Below, piece after piece: positions 8,005 through 17,376 of a DNA stretch of 26,179 nt. The first letter of the stretch is position 1. Every line of letters starts with the position of its first letter. This DNA comes from Promethearchaeota archaeon. Its GTDB lineage: Archaea; Asgardarchaeota; Lokiarchaeia; Sigyniarchaeales; SOKP01. Position numbers and translations under genes: made by a program. The notes beneath the pieces are model-generated. The model saw only the letters and a program-made list of their open reading frames with translations. It made no database searches and had not been told where the DNA came from. Location: positions 1-26,179 of the forward strand of contig JAEOTP010000065.1 of NCBI GenBank assembly GCA_016839765.1. Direction: 5' to 3'.

Positions 8005-9861
8005 CTAATGTACTGTTACTGTTTTTGCTAGGTTTTGAGGTTGGTCAGGATCTAACCCAACATCTACGGAATAGAAATATGCTAATAGTTGAAGTGCTGG
8101 TATAAAAGTAATTGGGCTAAAAAGATTATAATATTTATTTGCAGGTTGATTTATTCGAATTGTTATATCACTTAAATCAGTTATAGTTTTGTCCGATTTT
8201 ACAACTAGAGAAATGATTTTACCTCCTCTTGCTTTAAATTCCATCACATTACCAACTAATCTATCATAAGTTTCGTCAGGAGGAGCTATAAAAATGATGG
8301 GAAAATCTTTTCTTACCAGAGAGATAGGACCATGCTTTGCATGAGCAGCAGAGTATCCTTCTATAAAGCGACATGCAATTTCTTTTAACTTTAAACCACC
8401 TTCTTTAGCGGTAGCTAATGAAATGCCTCGAGCTAAGAAGAAAAAATTATGGGTTTTTTCCAAATTCTTCACAATCTTTTTAAGTATTTCAATGTCATTA
8501 TTTAGGAAATCTTCTATAATATCTGGTGTTGATCTTAAAGCATCATAATATTTTTCGATTTCATTATCAGGTAAAATCTTTCTTAAGTCCGCGATTTCTA
8601 AAGCCACTAGTCCAAGAGTAAGAACTTGGGTACAATAAGTTTTAGTTGCAGCAACTCCAATTTCAGGTCCAGCTTGGGTAAGAATTACATGATCCGAATA
8701 TCTAGTAAGAGTAGAGCCTACTACATTTGTGATGGATAAAACTTTAACTCTATTTTTCAGTTTTTCTTTTGCCCACCTAATTGCTTCAATTAGATCAATA
8801 GTTTCACCAGACTGTGAAATGGCAATTATTACAGAATCTTCTTTTAAAGCATCACCTAATTGAATCTGAAATTCAGAGCATTCAATTGCTTCAATATATT
8901 TATCTAGAAATTTGGTAATAATAAATTTTCCAGCTAATGATGCATAAAATGAAGTACCTGCCGCAGTAATATAAATGTTTTTAGCACTCCATAGTATTTT
9001 AGCAAAAGTTTTTAAAATATCTTTAGAAATTTTCAAAGTTCTTCTCAAAGCACTAGGTTCCTCATATATCTCTTTCAGCATGAAATGCTCATATCCTCCT
9101 TTCTCAGCAGCATCAATGTTCCATTCAATTTTTTGTATCGCTTTCTTTTTTGGTACATTGCTATCTTTAACATCAAAAAATTCCACAGAGCCAGGTTTTA
9201 GAACAGCCATTTCATCATCATCTAATAAATAGCAGGTTCGTGTATAGGGTAAAAAGGCAGGAATATCTGAAGCACAGTAAGATGTATTGCCCTCTTCTAT
9301 TCCAACTACTATTGGTGACTCTTTTCTGACAGCAATAATAGTATTCGGATAATCTGCGTGACAAATAGCAACCCCATAAGCCCCTTCACACCTTTGTATT
9401 GCTTTAGCTACTGCATTTTTGAAATCTAAATCGTTTTCCATATAATCTTCAATTAAATGAGGAATTATTTCTGTATCTGTCTCAGAAATAAAATTATGGC
9501 CTTTTGATTGTAACTCTTCTTTTAGTTCAATAAAATTTTCTAAAATTCCATTATGAACAACAGCAATTTTGTTATGGCAATCTACATGGGGATGACTATT
9601 AAGTTTTGTAGGTGCACCATGAGTAGCCCATCTAGTATGCGCTAAAGCTAATTTGGCCCCATTTGGAAACTCATCTAGTTTAATTTTTTTATGGATCTCA
9701 TCAATTTTACCAGCATCCTTTTTAATATATAATTTTGAGCTATATTGTGTTACAATTCCACAAGAATCATAACCGCGGTATTCTAAACGTTTAATTCCTT
9801 CAAGTGCTATTTTTCCAACTGAAATCTCTTGATTAGTAATGATCCCAAATATACCACACAC
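8005..9861 (-). CDS. glmS: Glutamine--fructose-6-phosphate aminotransferase (isomerizing)
   Basis: MCGIFG N-terminal nucleophile Cys, LEYRGYDS, HTRWATHG, VVHNG, SETDTE, SQSGET, VAATK, LKLKE, KHGP, NLAKTVT; GTG start. Confidence 0.97.
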   Translation of the reverse strand: MCGIFGIITNQEISVGKIALEGIKRLEYRGYDSCGIVTQYSSKLYIKKDAGKIDEIHKKIKLDEFPNGAKLALAHTRWATHGAPTKLNSHPHVDCHNKIAVVHNGILENFIELKEELQSKGHNFISETDTEIIPHLIEDYMENDLDFKNAVAKAIQRCEGAYGVAICHADYPNTIIAVRKESPIVVGIEEGNTSYCASDIPAFLPYTRTCYLLDDDEMAVLKPGSVEFFDVKDSNVPKKKAIQKIEWNIDAAEKGGYEHFMLKEIYEEPSALRRTLKISKDILKTFAKILWSAKNIYITAAGTSFYASLAGKFIITKFLDKYIEAIECSEFQIQLGDALKEDSVIIAISQSGETIDLIEAIRWAKEKLKNRVKVLSITNVVGSTLTRYSDHVILTQAGPEIGVAATKTYCTQVLTLGLVALEIADLRKILPDNEIEKYYDALRSTPDIIEDFLNNDIEILKKIVKNLEKTHNFFFLARGISLATAKEGGLKLKEIACRFIEGYSAAHAKHGPISLVRKDFPIIFIAPPDETYDRLVGNVMEFKARGGKIISLVVKSDKTITDLSDITIRINQPANKYYNLFSPITFIPALQLLAYFYSVDVGLDPDQPQNLAKTVTVH

Positions 9862-10093
9862 GTATTTTCTTCTCTTGAGTTTGAATTTGATGATTTATAA
9901 TTAAACTAATTTTAATCAATTAATAATACTTTACTATACTTTTTTGTTTTTGTTTAATTAATGTAAATAAATTAAAAAATAATGCTAAGTATTTTAAGAA
10001 TATCATAGCTAAGTGTAAACTAACTTTTGATAAATAATGGACATCTTAATTAAAAAATTTGTTAGAAATAAATAAAATTTTCAAGATAGTAAA

Positions 10094-11215
10094 GTGATTA
10101 TTTTGAGTGAGAATCAAAGGAATGGAAAGCAGGATAATTTGGGAAAATATACTCAAAAAGAAATCTTCGAAATACCTACTTCACTAAATAAGGCAACTCA
10201 ACAAAAGGATTTAATTAGTGCTATCGCTAAAGATGTAATTAACAGAGAACCTCATCATATTTATTTAATAGGGTCTGGAAGCTCATATCATGCAGGTTTT
10301 GCAATGTCTTATATGTTCAATCGCCTAATAAGGATTCCCACCTTTACTGAACTTTCAATGGAGTTTCAATATTTAATAGAACCAATACTAAGTGAAAATA
10401 ATTGCATAATAGCACTATCTCAAAGTGGAGAAACTAAGGATACGATTAATTCTATCGATCTTGCTAAAAAAGTAGGATGTTTAACGATTGCAATAACAAA
10501 TAATTTAGATTCTAATCTAGCTAAAAAATGCGATTATCATATTGATTTGAAGTGTAAAGAAGAGAAATCTGTATTAGCTACAAAAACTTATGTTTCTGAA
10601 TTAGCAGTATTAGCTATGTTATGCCTTGAGATTGCCAAAGAAAATAAATCTATTTCAAATGAAGAGTATAATAAGATTTGGGTTGAATTAATTCGTATAC
10701 CTGATAGAATTTATTCGGTGCTTCCTCTACTACATGAAAAAATAAAAATATGTGCCGAAAAATTTAAAAATACAAAATTCTGTTTTATTTTGGGAAGCGG
10801 CCCAGAATATGCTACAGCGATGGAAGCAGCTCTTAAATTAAAAGAGGGGGCTAGAATCTTTGGTCAGGCATACTCAACAGCGGAATTTCCACATGGCCCT
10901 ATTACATTAGCAGATTCAAATACATGTATTTTAGCAATAATACCTTATGAAGATGATAAAAGAAAGATTAAATTATTAGATTTACTCAAACGTATTAAAG
11001 AGAGAGAAGCTACAATTTTAGGTATTTATGAATCGGTAGAAAAAAAGATTCCTCCCAAACAAATCGATTATGGAATTGAAGTTCCTAATACTTTAAAAGA
11101 TTTACAGCCATTAATTATGATATTAGCTATTCAATTATTAACTTTAGAAATATCAAGGATAAATGGGATAAATTGTGATACTCCTAAATTCCTTTCAAAA
11201 GTTTCAGGGATATAA
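10094..11215 (+). CDS. Stand-alone double-SIS sugar-phosphate isomerase/deaminase (GlmS isomerase-domain-like; possible glucosamine-6-P deaminase or deglycase)
   Basis: GSGSS, SQSGET, VLATK, EAALKLKE, EFPHGP and C-terminal LSKV; no glutaminase domain. The true start is probably TTG at 10103, with AAGTGAT acting as SD. Confidence 0.85.
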   Translation: MIILSENQRNGKQDNLGKYTQKEIFEIPTSLNKATQQKDLISAIAKDVINREPHHIYLIGSGSSYHAGFAMSYMFNRLIRIPTFTELSMEFQYLIEPILSENNCIIALSQSGETKDTINSIDLAKKVGCLTIAITNNLDSNLAKKCDYHIDLKCKEEKSVLATKTYVSELAVLAMLCLEIAKENKSISNEEYNKIWVELIRIPDRIYSVLPLLHEKIKICAEKFKNTKFCFILGSGPEYATAMEAALKLKEGARIFGQAYSTAEFPHGPITLADSNTCILAIIPYEDDKRKIKLLDLLKRIKEREATILGIYESVEKKIPPKQIDYGIEVPNTLKDLQPLIMILAIQLLTLEISRINGINCDTPKFLSKVSGI

Positions 11216-11235
11216 ACAAGATATTAAAAAAAGGC

Positions 11236-12660
11236 TTAAATTAAATCTAATTCTTCCATTTTAGACTGAACTAACTGATTAATCTCTTTAGTTTTTTCAA
11301 AATCTTTGTTGGATTCACCTGAAATTCTTAAATAAGGACTTGTACCCGAACGTCGGATTAAAAACCAGCCTTCATCATAATCAAAACGACATCCATCTAT
11401 AGTATTAATATTTTCTATTTTTTTACCTAAATTATTCAGTGTATTCTTCATCTTTTCAATAATTTTGTTATTAATTTCTTTAGTAAAAGAGATATCTCTC
11501 TTTAGTTTAAATTTCTCCGCGTAATATGGGTAATTAGGGATGTCTGCTAATAGTTCTTTCAAACTTTTTCCATTTTTAACAATCATATGTAATACATTAG
11601 CAATTGTAGCAATAGAGTCCGGACCATAATGAAATTTCGGCCAAATGTAAGTTCCCGAAGTTTCTCCACCAAGAAAACCTCCAAATTCCTTTAAAGCTAA
11701 AGCAACCTTTATATCTCCTACCTCTGTTCTAATAACTTCACATCCTAATGGATTTAATACGTGTTCTATTAGACTTGAGGAATTTACTGGTGTTACTACT
11801 TTCATATCCTTATTAGATAATTTATCTTTGTTATCTAGTATGAAAATTTTAGCCATAAGTGCTAATAATCTAATTGGATCAATGATTTCTCCATTTTCAT
11901 CTAAAAAGATCACTCTATCAGCATCACCATCAAGCGCTATACCTATATCCTCTTGAGGTGAAATTTTTAAAAATTTTGAAATTTGTATTAGATTTTCCTT
12001 ACTTGGTTCGCTTGCTCTTCCCGGAAATCGACCATCCATTTGGGCATTTATAGTAACTATGTTAATATCATATTTACTTAATAAATTGGGAACTATATCA
12101 CATCCAGAACCATTTCCGGGATCGACAATTACATTTAATTTACTTCCATCGAATAAAATTCGATTAGTGATGTCTAATATATGAATATCATTTATATCAT
12201 TAATAGCGGTTATTTTACCCACTTCATCCCATTTTATGTTCCTAAAATCTTTATCATTATAGATGCGTTCTATTTCTTCTTCTTGTTCTGGAGAAAATCC
12301 TACGCCAGAAGGATTCCATAATTTTAAACCTATATATTCAGGAGTATTATGTGATGCTGTTATCATAACTCCAGCATCTGCATTTAAATATCGTAATGAC
12401 ATTGCTAATGTAGGAGTTGTGACAATTCCTAGGGTTTTTACATTAGAACCTGTACTTATTAATCCGGAAATGAGAGCATATTCTACTGGTAAGGCGGAAG
12501 TTCTAATATCTTTACCTATAACAACAGTTCCTCCATTTACATAAGTACTAAGAGCTAAACCTACCTCCAATGCCATTTGTGGAGTAAACATCAAATCAGA
12601 CTCAGAATAACTCTGAAATACGCGCCTTATTCCTGATGTACCAAAAATATTGCTCGTCAT
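11236..12660 (-). CDS. glmM: Alpha-D-phosphohexomutase (phosphoglucosamine mutase or PMM/PGM)
   Basis: FGTSGIR, ITASHN (phospho-Ser), DGDADR (metal loop), GGETSG, IRRSGTSP. GlmM specificity is inferred only from adjacency to glmS. Confidence 0.8.
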   Translation of the reverse strand: MTSNIFGTSGIRRVFQSYSESDLMFTPQMALEVGLALSTYVNGGTVVIGKDIRTSALPVEYALISGLISTGSNVKTLGIVTTPTLAMSLRYLNADAGVMITASHNTPEYIGLKLWNPSGVGFSPEQEEEIERIYNDKDFRNIKWDEVGKITAINDINDIHILDITNRILFDGSKLNVIVDPGNGSGCDIVPNLLSKYDINIVTINAQMDGRFPGRASEPSKENLIQISKFLKISPQEDIGIALDGDADRVIFLDENGEIIDPIRLLALMAKIFILDNKDKLSNKDMKVVTPVNSSSLIEHVLNPLGCEVIRTEVGDIKVALALKEFGGFLGGETSGTYIWPKFHYGPDSIATIANVLHMIVKNGKSLKELLADIPNYPYYAEKFKLKRDISFTKEINNKIIEKMKNTLNNLGKKIENINTIDGCRFDYDEGWFLIRRSGTSPYLRISGESNKDFEKTKEINQLVQSKMEELDLI

Positions 12661-12983
12661 AGATACTTCTTATCAAATTGTTTTGAATTTAAAGAGAAAA
12701 GGTGATTTTAATGGTATTTAAAGAATAAAATATATCATATGTATTAAATTTAATTTAAGAATAATCTTTAAAGAAGGAGTTAAACAATTTAATGGCAATT
12801 AATCCTTTCTATAATGGAATAAACACAGCACAATTAAAAATATTTGATATAAATATCTTAAATGGGAAGATGTTTAATTAATTTTGATAAAAGAAAAATA
12901 TTAATTTTTAGATTTATTTATTATGAATTAATAAGAACATATTTCATGTCGATAATTATATTTTAAAATTACGGTAAAGCTGA

Positions 12984-14462
12984 ATGATTTTCCAAGGGCT
13001 TTTTAACATTTTAAGTTTGTATTTAGATGATATAGATCTTTTTTATAATGCCATTGATACCTATTTCCGAGAAAGAATTAATGATAGCTTTCAAATAACT
13101 TCATTGAATAAAGAGGAATTAGATAATAAAATCGATAAATTAATTGATTTAATTACAGATGAATTCTTACAAATGGGATTTAATCAAAATGAGATAGAAA
13201 ATAAATTCTTAGACCTTGGAATCGAATTGAATAAATGTGATAAATTTGAGCTTAGTTCCCTAGTAGAACTTTATGATTTGATAATTTCACCAATTATATT
13301 CGAAATCTTTCTGGAAAAAATTGTAGATTATTTAGTGGATATATCAATTTCCCCTTTAATCTTAAATTTAAAATCAAAAGGGTTGCTTCCCTTGGAATTC
13401 ATAGTAGAATTGCGAAATTTAAAAGATCTACTGGATGCAAATCCTGAAAATAAAGAAAACCTAAAAAAATATTTACAGATTAGAGAAAAGTTTATCACAA
13501 AATTAAGTCAAAATAAAAGTACAATAGAAAGTTTGGAAGATTTAAATAATCCAAAGGATAAATTACAATTACTCTACCTAATATATCGAATAATTAGTTT
13601 TTTCCATTTAGAAAAAAGGTTCGATTTTTCTCACATAAAAGATTATATTGTGAATAATGTTAATGAGTGGTTAATTACTATTCCGTTAGTTACTTTGAGA
13701 AACCCAGATCTTTATTTTTGTGGATTATTTTTAGCTAAAAGTTTGAATATTAAACTTAATCCCGAAAAAGTAAAAAAATTTTTATTGGATCTTTATGAGG
13801 AAGGTGTTGATGAATTTGAAGCTCCATTAGTAGAAGCTACAGATGGATTATATTACTTTTTAAAATCAACAGAATTCATGAAAATATGGTTAAACGATGA
13901 AAAAGTTAATAGATTAATTGAAACTGATCAAAAATTTTTTGAACCTAATTATTTAAAGGATTTAGAGACATCTCAGTTAGTTGTAATATTAAAAATTTAT
14001 ACTTTACTTAGGAAAATTAAATTAGAACAAAATATAAATGCAATATTGGAAGAATTAGAACAAAGAATAACTCCTGAAGGCATTAAACAGTATCGCGACG
14101 GATTTATATCTTCTGAGGCAACCTACTACACATTATTTTGTAATTACATGAGAAATACATTAGATAAGTTAAAGGAGTATGATTTGTTAAATAGTATAGT
14201 TTCAAGGATTTATAGAAATTTAGAACTCTTAGAATTTTCAGCAGACACCAATTTTGATTTAATATCTGAGCTATTTTATTCATTTGAAAGTTTAAAATTA
14301 TTTAATTGTGTAGAAACGAGACAAATGATAATCCATCTTGCTAAATATTTATTTCCAAAAGAAGTTGTAGAAAAAATATCACTTAATACAGAGATAATTG
14401 AAACTAAAGCAAGATTCCGGCATTTGAAAGTTGATAGAATAACAGGAGAAACTATTTATTAA
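12984..14462 (+). CDS. Hypothetical all-helical protein with C-terminal ~46-aa repeats (possible alpha/alpha toroid)
   Basis: 492-aa ORF, Leu/Ile/Glu/Lys-rich with no clear transmembrane segment; six periodic Tyr/Leu-rich helices in the C-terminal 300 aa. Confidence 0.7.
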   Translation: MIFQGLFNILSLYLDDIDLFYNAIDTYFRERINDSFQITSLNKEELDNKIDKLIDLITDEFLQMGFNQNEIENKFLDLGIELNKCDKFELSSLVELYDLIISPIIFEIFLEKIVDYLVDISISPLILNLKSKGLLPLEFIVELRNLKDLLDANPENKENLKKYLQIREKFITKLSQNKSTIESLEDLNNPKDKLQLLYLIYRIISFFHLEKRFDFSHIKDYIVNNVNEWLITIPLVTLRNPDLYFCGLFLAKSLNIKLNPEKVKKFLLDLYEEGVDEFEAPLVEATDGLYYFLKSTEFMKIWLNDEKVNRLIETDQKFFEPNYLKDLETSQLVVILKIYTLLRKIKLEQNINAILEELEQRITPEGIKQYRDGFISSEATYYTLFCNYMRNTLDKLKEYDLLNSIVSRIYRNLELLEFSADTNFDLISELFYSFESLKLFNCVETRQMIIHLAKYLFPKEVVEKISLNTEIIETKARFRHLKVDRITGETIY

Positions 14463-14481
14463 TCTCTTTTTGATTTTCTTT
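14463..14481 (+). terminator. Putative archaeal oligo-T terminator
   Basis: TCTCTTTTTGATTTTCTTT immediately after stop codon 14462. Confidence 0.4.
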
Positions 14482-14572
14482 AGTATAATAATTAATTTTT
14501 CTTAAACTAAATAAAAATTTTAAATTTACCTAAATCTTTTTACTAAGTTAACTATTATAGATTACTTGATTA

Positions 14573-16054
14573 TTGATGAACCTAGAAAATTTTGAGATTA
14601 TTTATAAAGAAAATAGAATCGAGATTAAAAATAAACAGAAAATGAAAGAGAAATTAATTGAAATTGTTGGCGATGGAAATGTCTCAATTGATAAAATTGA
14701 TCTCTTAGCATATTCAAGAGATTCGACCCTAATTACTTTAAATTGGACAATTCAAGGAAAAATTGCTGGCTTACCAGATTTCGTGGTTTGGCCAGAAAAT
14801 AAAGCTCAAATTTCGGAGATTCTAAGATTAGCCAATAATGAAAAAATTCCTGTTATTCCTTATGGGGAAGGTTCTGGAGTTGTTGGAGGAGCTATACCCA
14901 TCTATGGTGGCATTATAGTTGATATGAAAAAGTTTAATAAGATCCTTGAAATTAATGATAAGGATTTGACTGCAACTGTAGAAACAGGGATTAATGGAAT
15001 GAATTTGGAGAGGTATCTGAATGCTAAAGGTTACACTTCTGGTCATATTCCTCAATCACTTTACATCTCCTCATTAGGGGGCTGGATTGCACATAGAGCT
15101 GCTGGCCAATTTAGTACTAAATACGGGAAGATTGAGGATATGGTATTAGGAATGGAAGTAGTTCTACCTCAAGGAAATATAATCGATTTTAAACCAATTA
15201 TACGAGCTTCAACAGGACCTCAACTTAATAAATTATTCATTGGAGCTGAAGGGACTTTAGGAATAGTGACTAAAGCCACTTTAAAAATTTGGCCTTTTCC
15301 TGAAAAAAGAGCGCTAATTTCTTATGCCTTTCCTATAATTGAAGATTCTTTTAATGCTACAAGAGAAATTATGAGGGAACATATCTTTCCTGCTGTAATA
15401 AGAATTTATGATCAATTTGAAACGGAACGACATTTTGTAGATATTGAGCAAGCTAAAGATAAAGTTATGGTTGTATTTGTATGTGAAGGAAATAAAAAAT
15501 TAGTTGAGCTTGAAGAAACTATAACCAAGGAAAAATGTGAAAATAATAAGGGTATTAATTGTGGGGAACATCCTGTAGAACACTGGTTCGAAACTAGATT
15601 TAGAGTTACAGAAACTTCCACAATGCCGCCATATAAAATTGTATTTGATACTTTAGAGATAGCTTCATCGTGGGATAATGCTGCAAAAATTTATCATAGT
15701 GTTATCGATTCTGTAAATAGTTTAAAGGGCATTTTAATAATTTCAGCTCATGTATCGCATTTCTATCCAAATGGGGTAGGAATTTATTTTACTCTTGGAG
15801 GGGTCCCCCCCAAAGGAAAAACAGAATTTGAATTTTATCAAAAATGTTGGGATACAACAATAAGAGGTGTTTTAGATGCAGGTGGTTCCATAGCTCATCA
15901 TCATGGCATTGGTATCAATAGATCGCATTGGATGGAAGAAGAGTGGGGTAAATCTATGGATATAATGAGAAATATTAAGAGGTTACTCGATCCCAACAAT
16001 ATTCTTAATCCAGGAAAAGTTTATACACATATTTGGAAGGGGAGTGAATCATAA
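14573..16054 (+). CDS. FAD-linked oxidoreductase, VAO/PCMH family, alkyl-dihydroxyacetone-phosphate synthase (AGPS)/YgcU-like
   Basis: PDFVVWP, PYGEGSGVVGG, GHIPQS...SLGGWIAHRAAGQFSTKYGKIED, GAEGTLGIVT, SHFYPNG, AHHHGIG, LDPNNILNPGK. Start uncertain (TTG 14573, ATG 14576 or ATG 14642). Confidence 0.88.
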   Translation: MMNLENFEIIYKENRIEIKNKQKMKEKLIEIVGDGNVSIDKIDLLAYSRDSTLITLNWTIQGKIAGLPDFVVWPENKAQISEILRLANNEKIPVIPYGEGSGVVGGAIPIYGGIIVDMKKFNKILEINDKDLTATVETGINGMNLERYLNAKGYTSGHIPQSLYISSLGGWIAHRAAGQFSTKYGKIEDMVLGMEVVLPQGNIIDFKPIIRASTGPQLNKLFIGAEGTLGIVTKATLKIWPFPEKRALISYAFPIIEDSFNATREIMREHIFPAVIRIYDQFETERHFVDIEQAKDKVMVVFVCEGNKKLVELEETITKEKCENNKGINCGEHPVEHWFETRFRVTETSTMPPYKIVFDTLEIASSWDNAAKIYHSVIDSVNSLKGILIISAHVSHFYPNGVGIYFTLGGVPPKGKTEFEFYQKCWDTTIRGVLDAGGSIAHHHGIGINRSHWMEEEWGKSMDIMRNIKRLLDPNNILNPGKVYTHIWKGSES

Positions 16055-17329
16055 ATGGGAATATTTGAAACTTTAAAAAAATATAAATGGATGCTCCCCC
16101 TTATTGGCAAAGCAGATAGAGAGACAAAATCGATTCTATTAAAAAATTTTCGCCAAAAAAAGAAGAATTTTTATCCAGAGGGGGAGTATAAAGCAGATAT
16201 CGACAATTTAATTAAATGTATGCTATGCCCAAATATGTGCAGATTTGATTGTGGCACGCTACAAGCTTCAAATACAGAATCTATGAGTCCCGCCTATAAA
16301 GCGAGAATTGGTTATTATCTTTCAATAGGAAAGATTGATCCAACTCAACCAGAGAATAAACAATTCATTGACCTAATGTATAAATGTACCAATGAAGAAA
16401 ATTGTAAAGTTTGGTGTCCATTTGAGTTCTCAGTTGTTTCCTTATTAGAAACTGTGAGAGATGATCTAAATGATAAAGGATTAATGCCAGACTACTGTAA
16501 GGGGCAAATTGAGAAATTAAATAAGACAAAAACCATAGAAGATTATAATATTTTTGAAACTTTTAAAGAGAAAGGAATAGAAAATATTAAAACCGATGGA
16601 AATGATGAAGTTTTTTACTTTATTGGTTGCGAAATGATGAAATTTCCAAATGTGGTAAATGCTAATATTGCACTATTAAAAAAAGCAGGCATTAAATTTT
16701 CTACAAATCTTGAAAAAAGAGTTTGTTGTGGAGCACCTTCACTTACTATACGGGATATGGAAACAAGCAAAAATTTTGCTCAAGAGAATCATGAGTTAAT
16801 TAACAATACTGGAGCAAAAGTTTTAGTATCAGACTGTCCTGGGTGTGTATTAACATTATCAGAAAGATATAAAAATGTAGGAGTTAAAATTGACACAAAA
16901 GTTATTCATATTGTTGATTTTTTTAAAACTCTCATAGAAGAAGGAAAATTAAAGCCAAAAGGAGAATTACCAAAAGATTTGAAGAAAGTCGCAATTCATG
17001 ATCCATGTCTAATGACAAGAAATCTGAAAGATATAACCTCAATCAGAACTGTTCTTAAAGTTATCCCAAATTTAGAAATAATCGAACCTATTTATAATAA
17101 AGAATATACTCATTGTTGTGGTTGGAGCGGTACTGTCCATTGGGCAGATCAAGATCTTGCTATTAAAGAAGCATCAAATAGAATAGATGAATTAAAGGAA
17201 ACAGGCGTAAATCTTTTCATAACGGCATGTCCCCTATGTGAATTAGGATTAGCATATGGTCTTCTAGACAATGAAAAAGAAAAATATAAAATATTAGATA
17301 TATCTGAATTATTACTCAAAGTAATTTAA
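16055..17329 (+). CDS. Fe-S oxidoreductase subunit, GlpC/GlcF/HdrD-like (ferredoxin motifs plus two CCG domains)
   Basis: CMLCPNMCRFDC and CTNEENCKVWCP; FIGC...CCG...DCPGC; HDPC...CCG...ACPLC. ATG directly follows the upstream TAA and is preceded by a GGAGTGA SD. Confidence 0.9.
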   Translation: MGIFETLKKYKWMLPLIGKADRETKSILLKNFRQKKKNFYPEGEYKADIDNLIKCMLCPNMCRFDCGTLQASNTESMSPAYKARIGYYLSIGKIDPTQPENKQFIDLMYKCTNEENCKVWCPFEFSVVSLLETVRDDLNDKGLMPDYCKGQIEKLNKTKTIEDYNIFETFKEKGIENIKTDGNDEVFYFIGCEMMKFPNVVNANIALLKKAGIKFSTNLEKRVCCGAPSLTIRDMETSKNFAQENHELINNTGAKVLVSDCPGCVLTLSERYKNVGVKIDTKVIHIVDFFKTLIEEGKLKPKGELPKDLKKVAIHDPCLMTRNLKDITSIRTVLKVIPNLEIIEPIYNKEYTHCCGWSGTVHWADQDLAIKEASNRIDELKETGVNLFITACPLCELGLAYGLLDNEKEKYKILDISELLLKVI

Positions 17330-17376
17330 TATTTATTTTCAATTATTGTTGTTTTTTATGCATTTAAGGTGATAAA

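Noticed and set aside
8005-8007. Pyrrolysine/selenocysteine read-through at TAG/TGA stops (glmS TAG; TGA at 2140, 19802, 21531)
   Set aside because: Each protein ends at the expected family length or overlaps the next gene's start; no continued homology after the stop.
9862-10093. glmS ribozyme upstream of glmS
   Set aside because: No conserved ribozyme core sequence or stable pairing in this AT-rich gap.
14573-17329. Plain glycolate oxidase GlcD/GlcF or D-lactate dehydrogenase call
   Set aside because: The flavoprotein has HHHG and AGPS-type FAD-domain motifs rather than the GEHG and H..DGN.H metal-binding motifs of that group.
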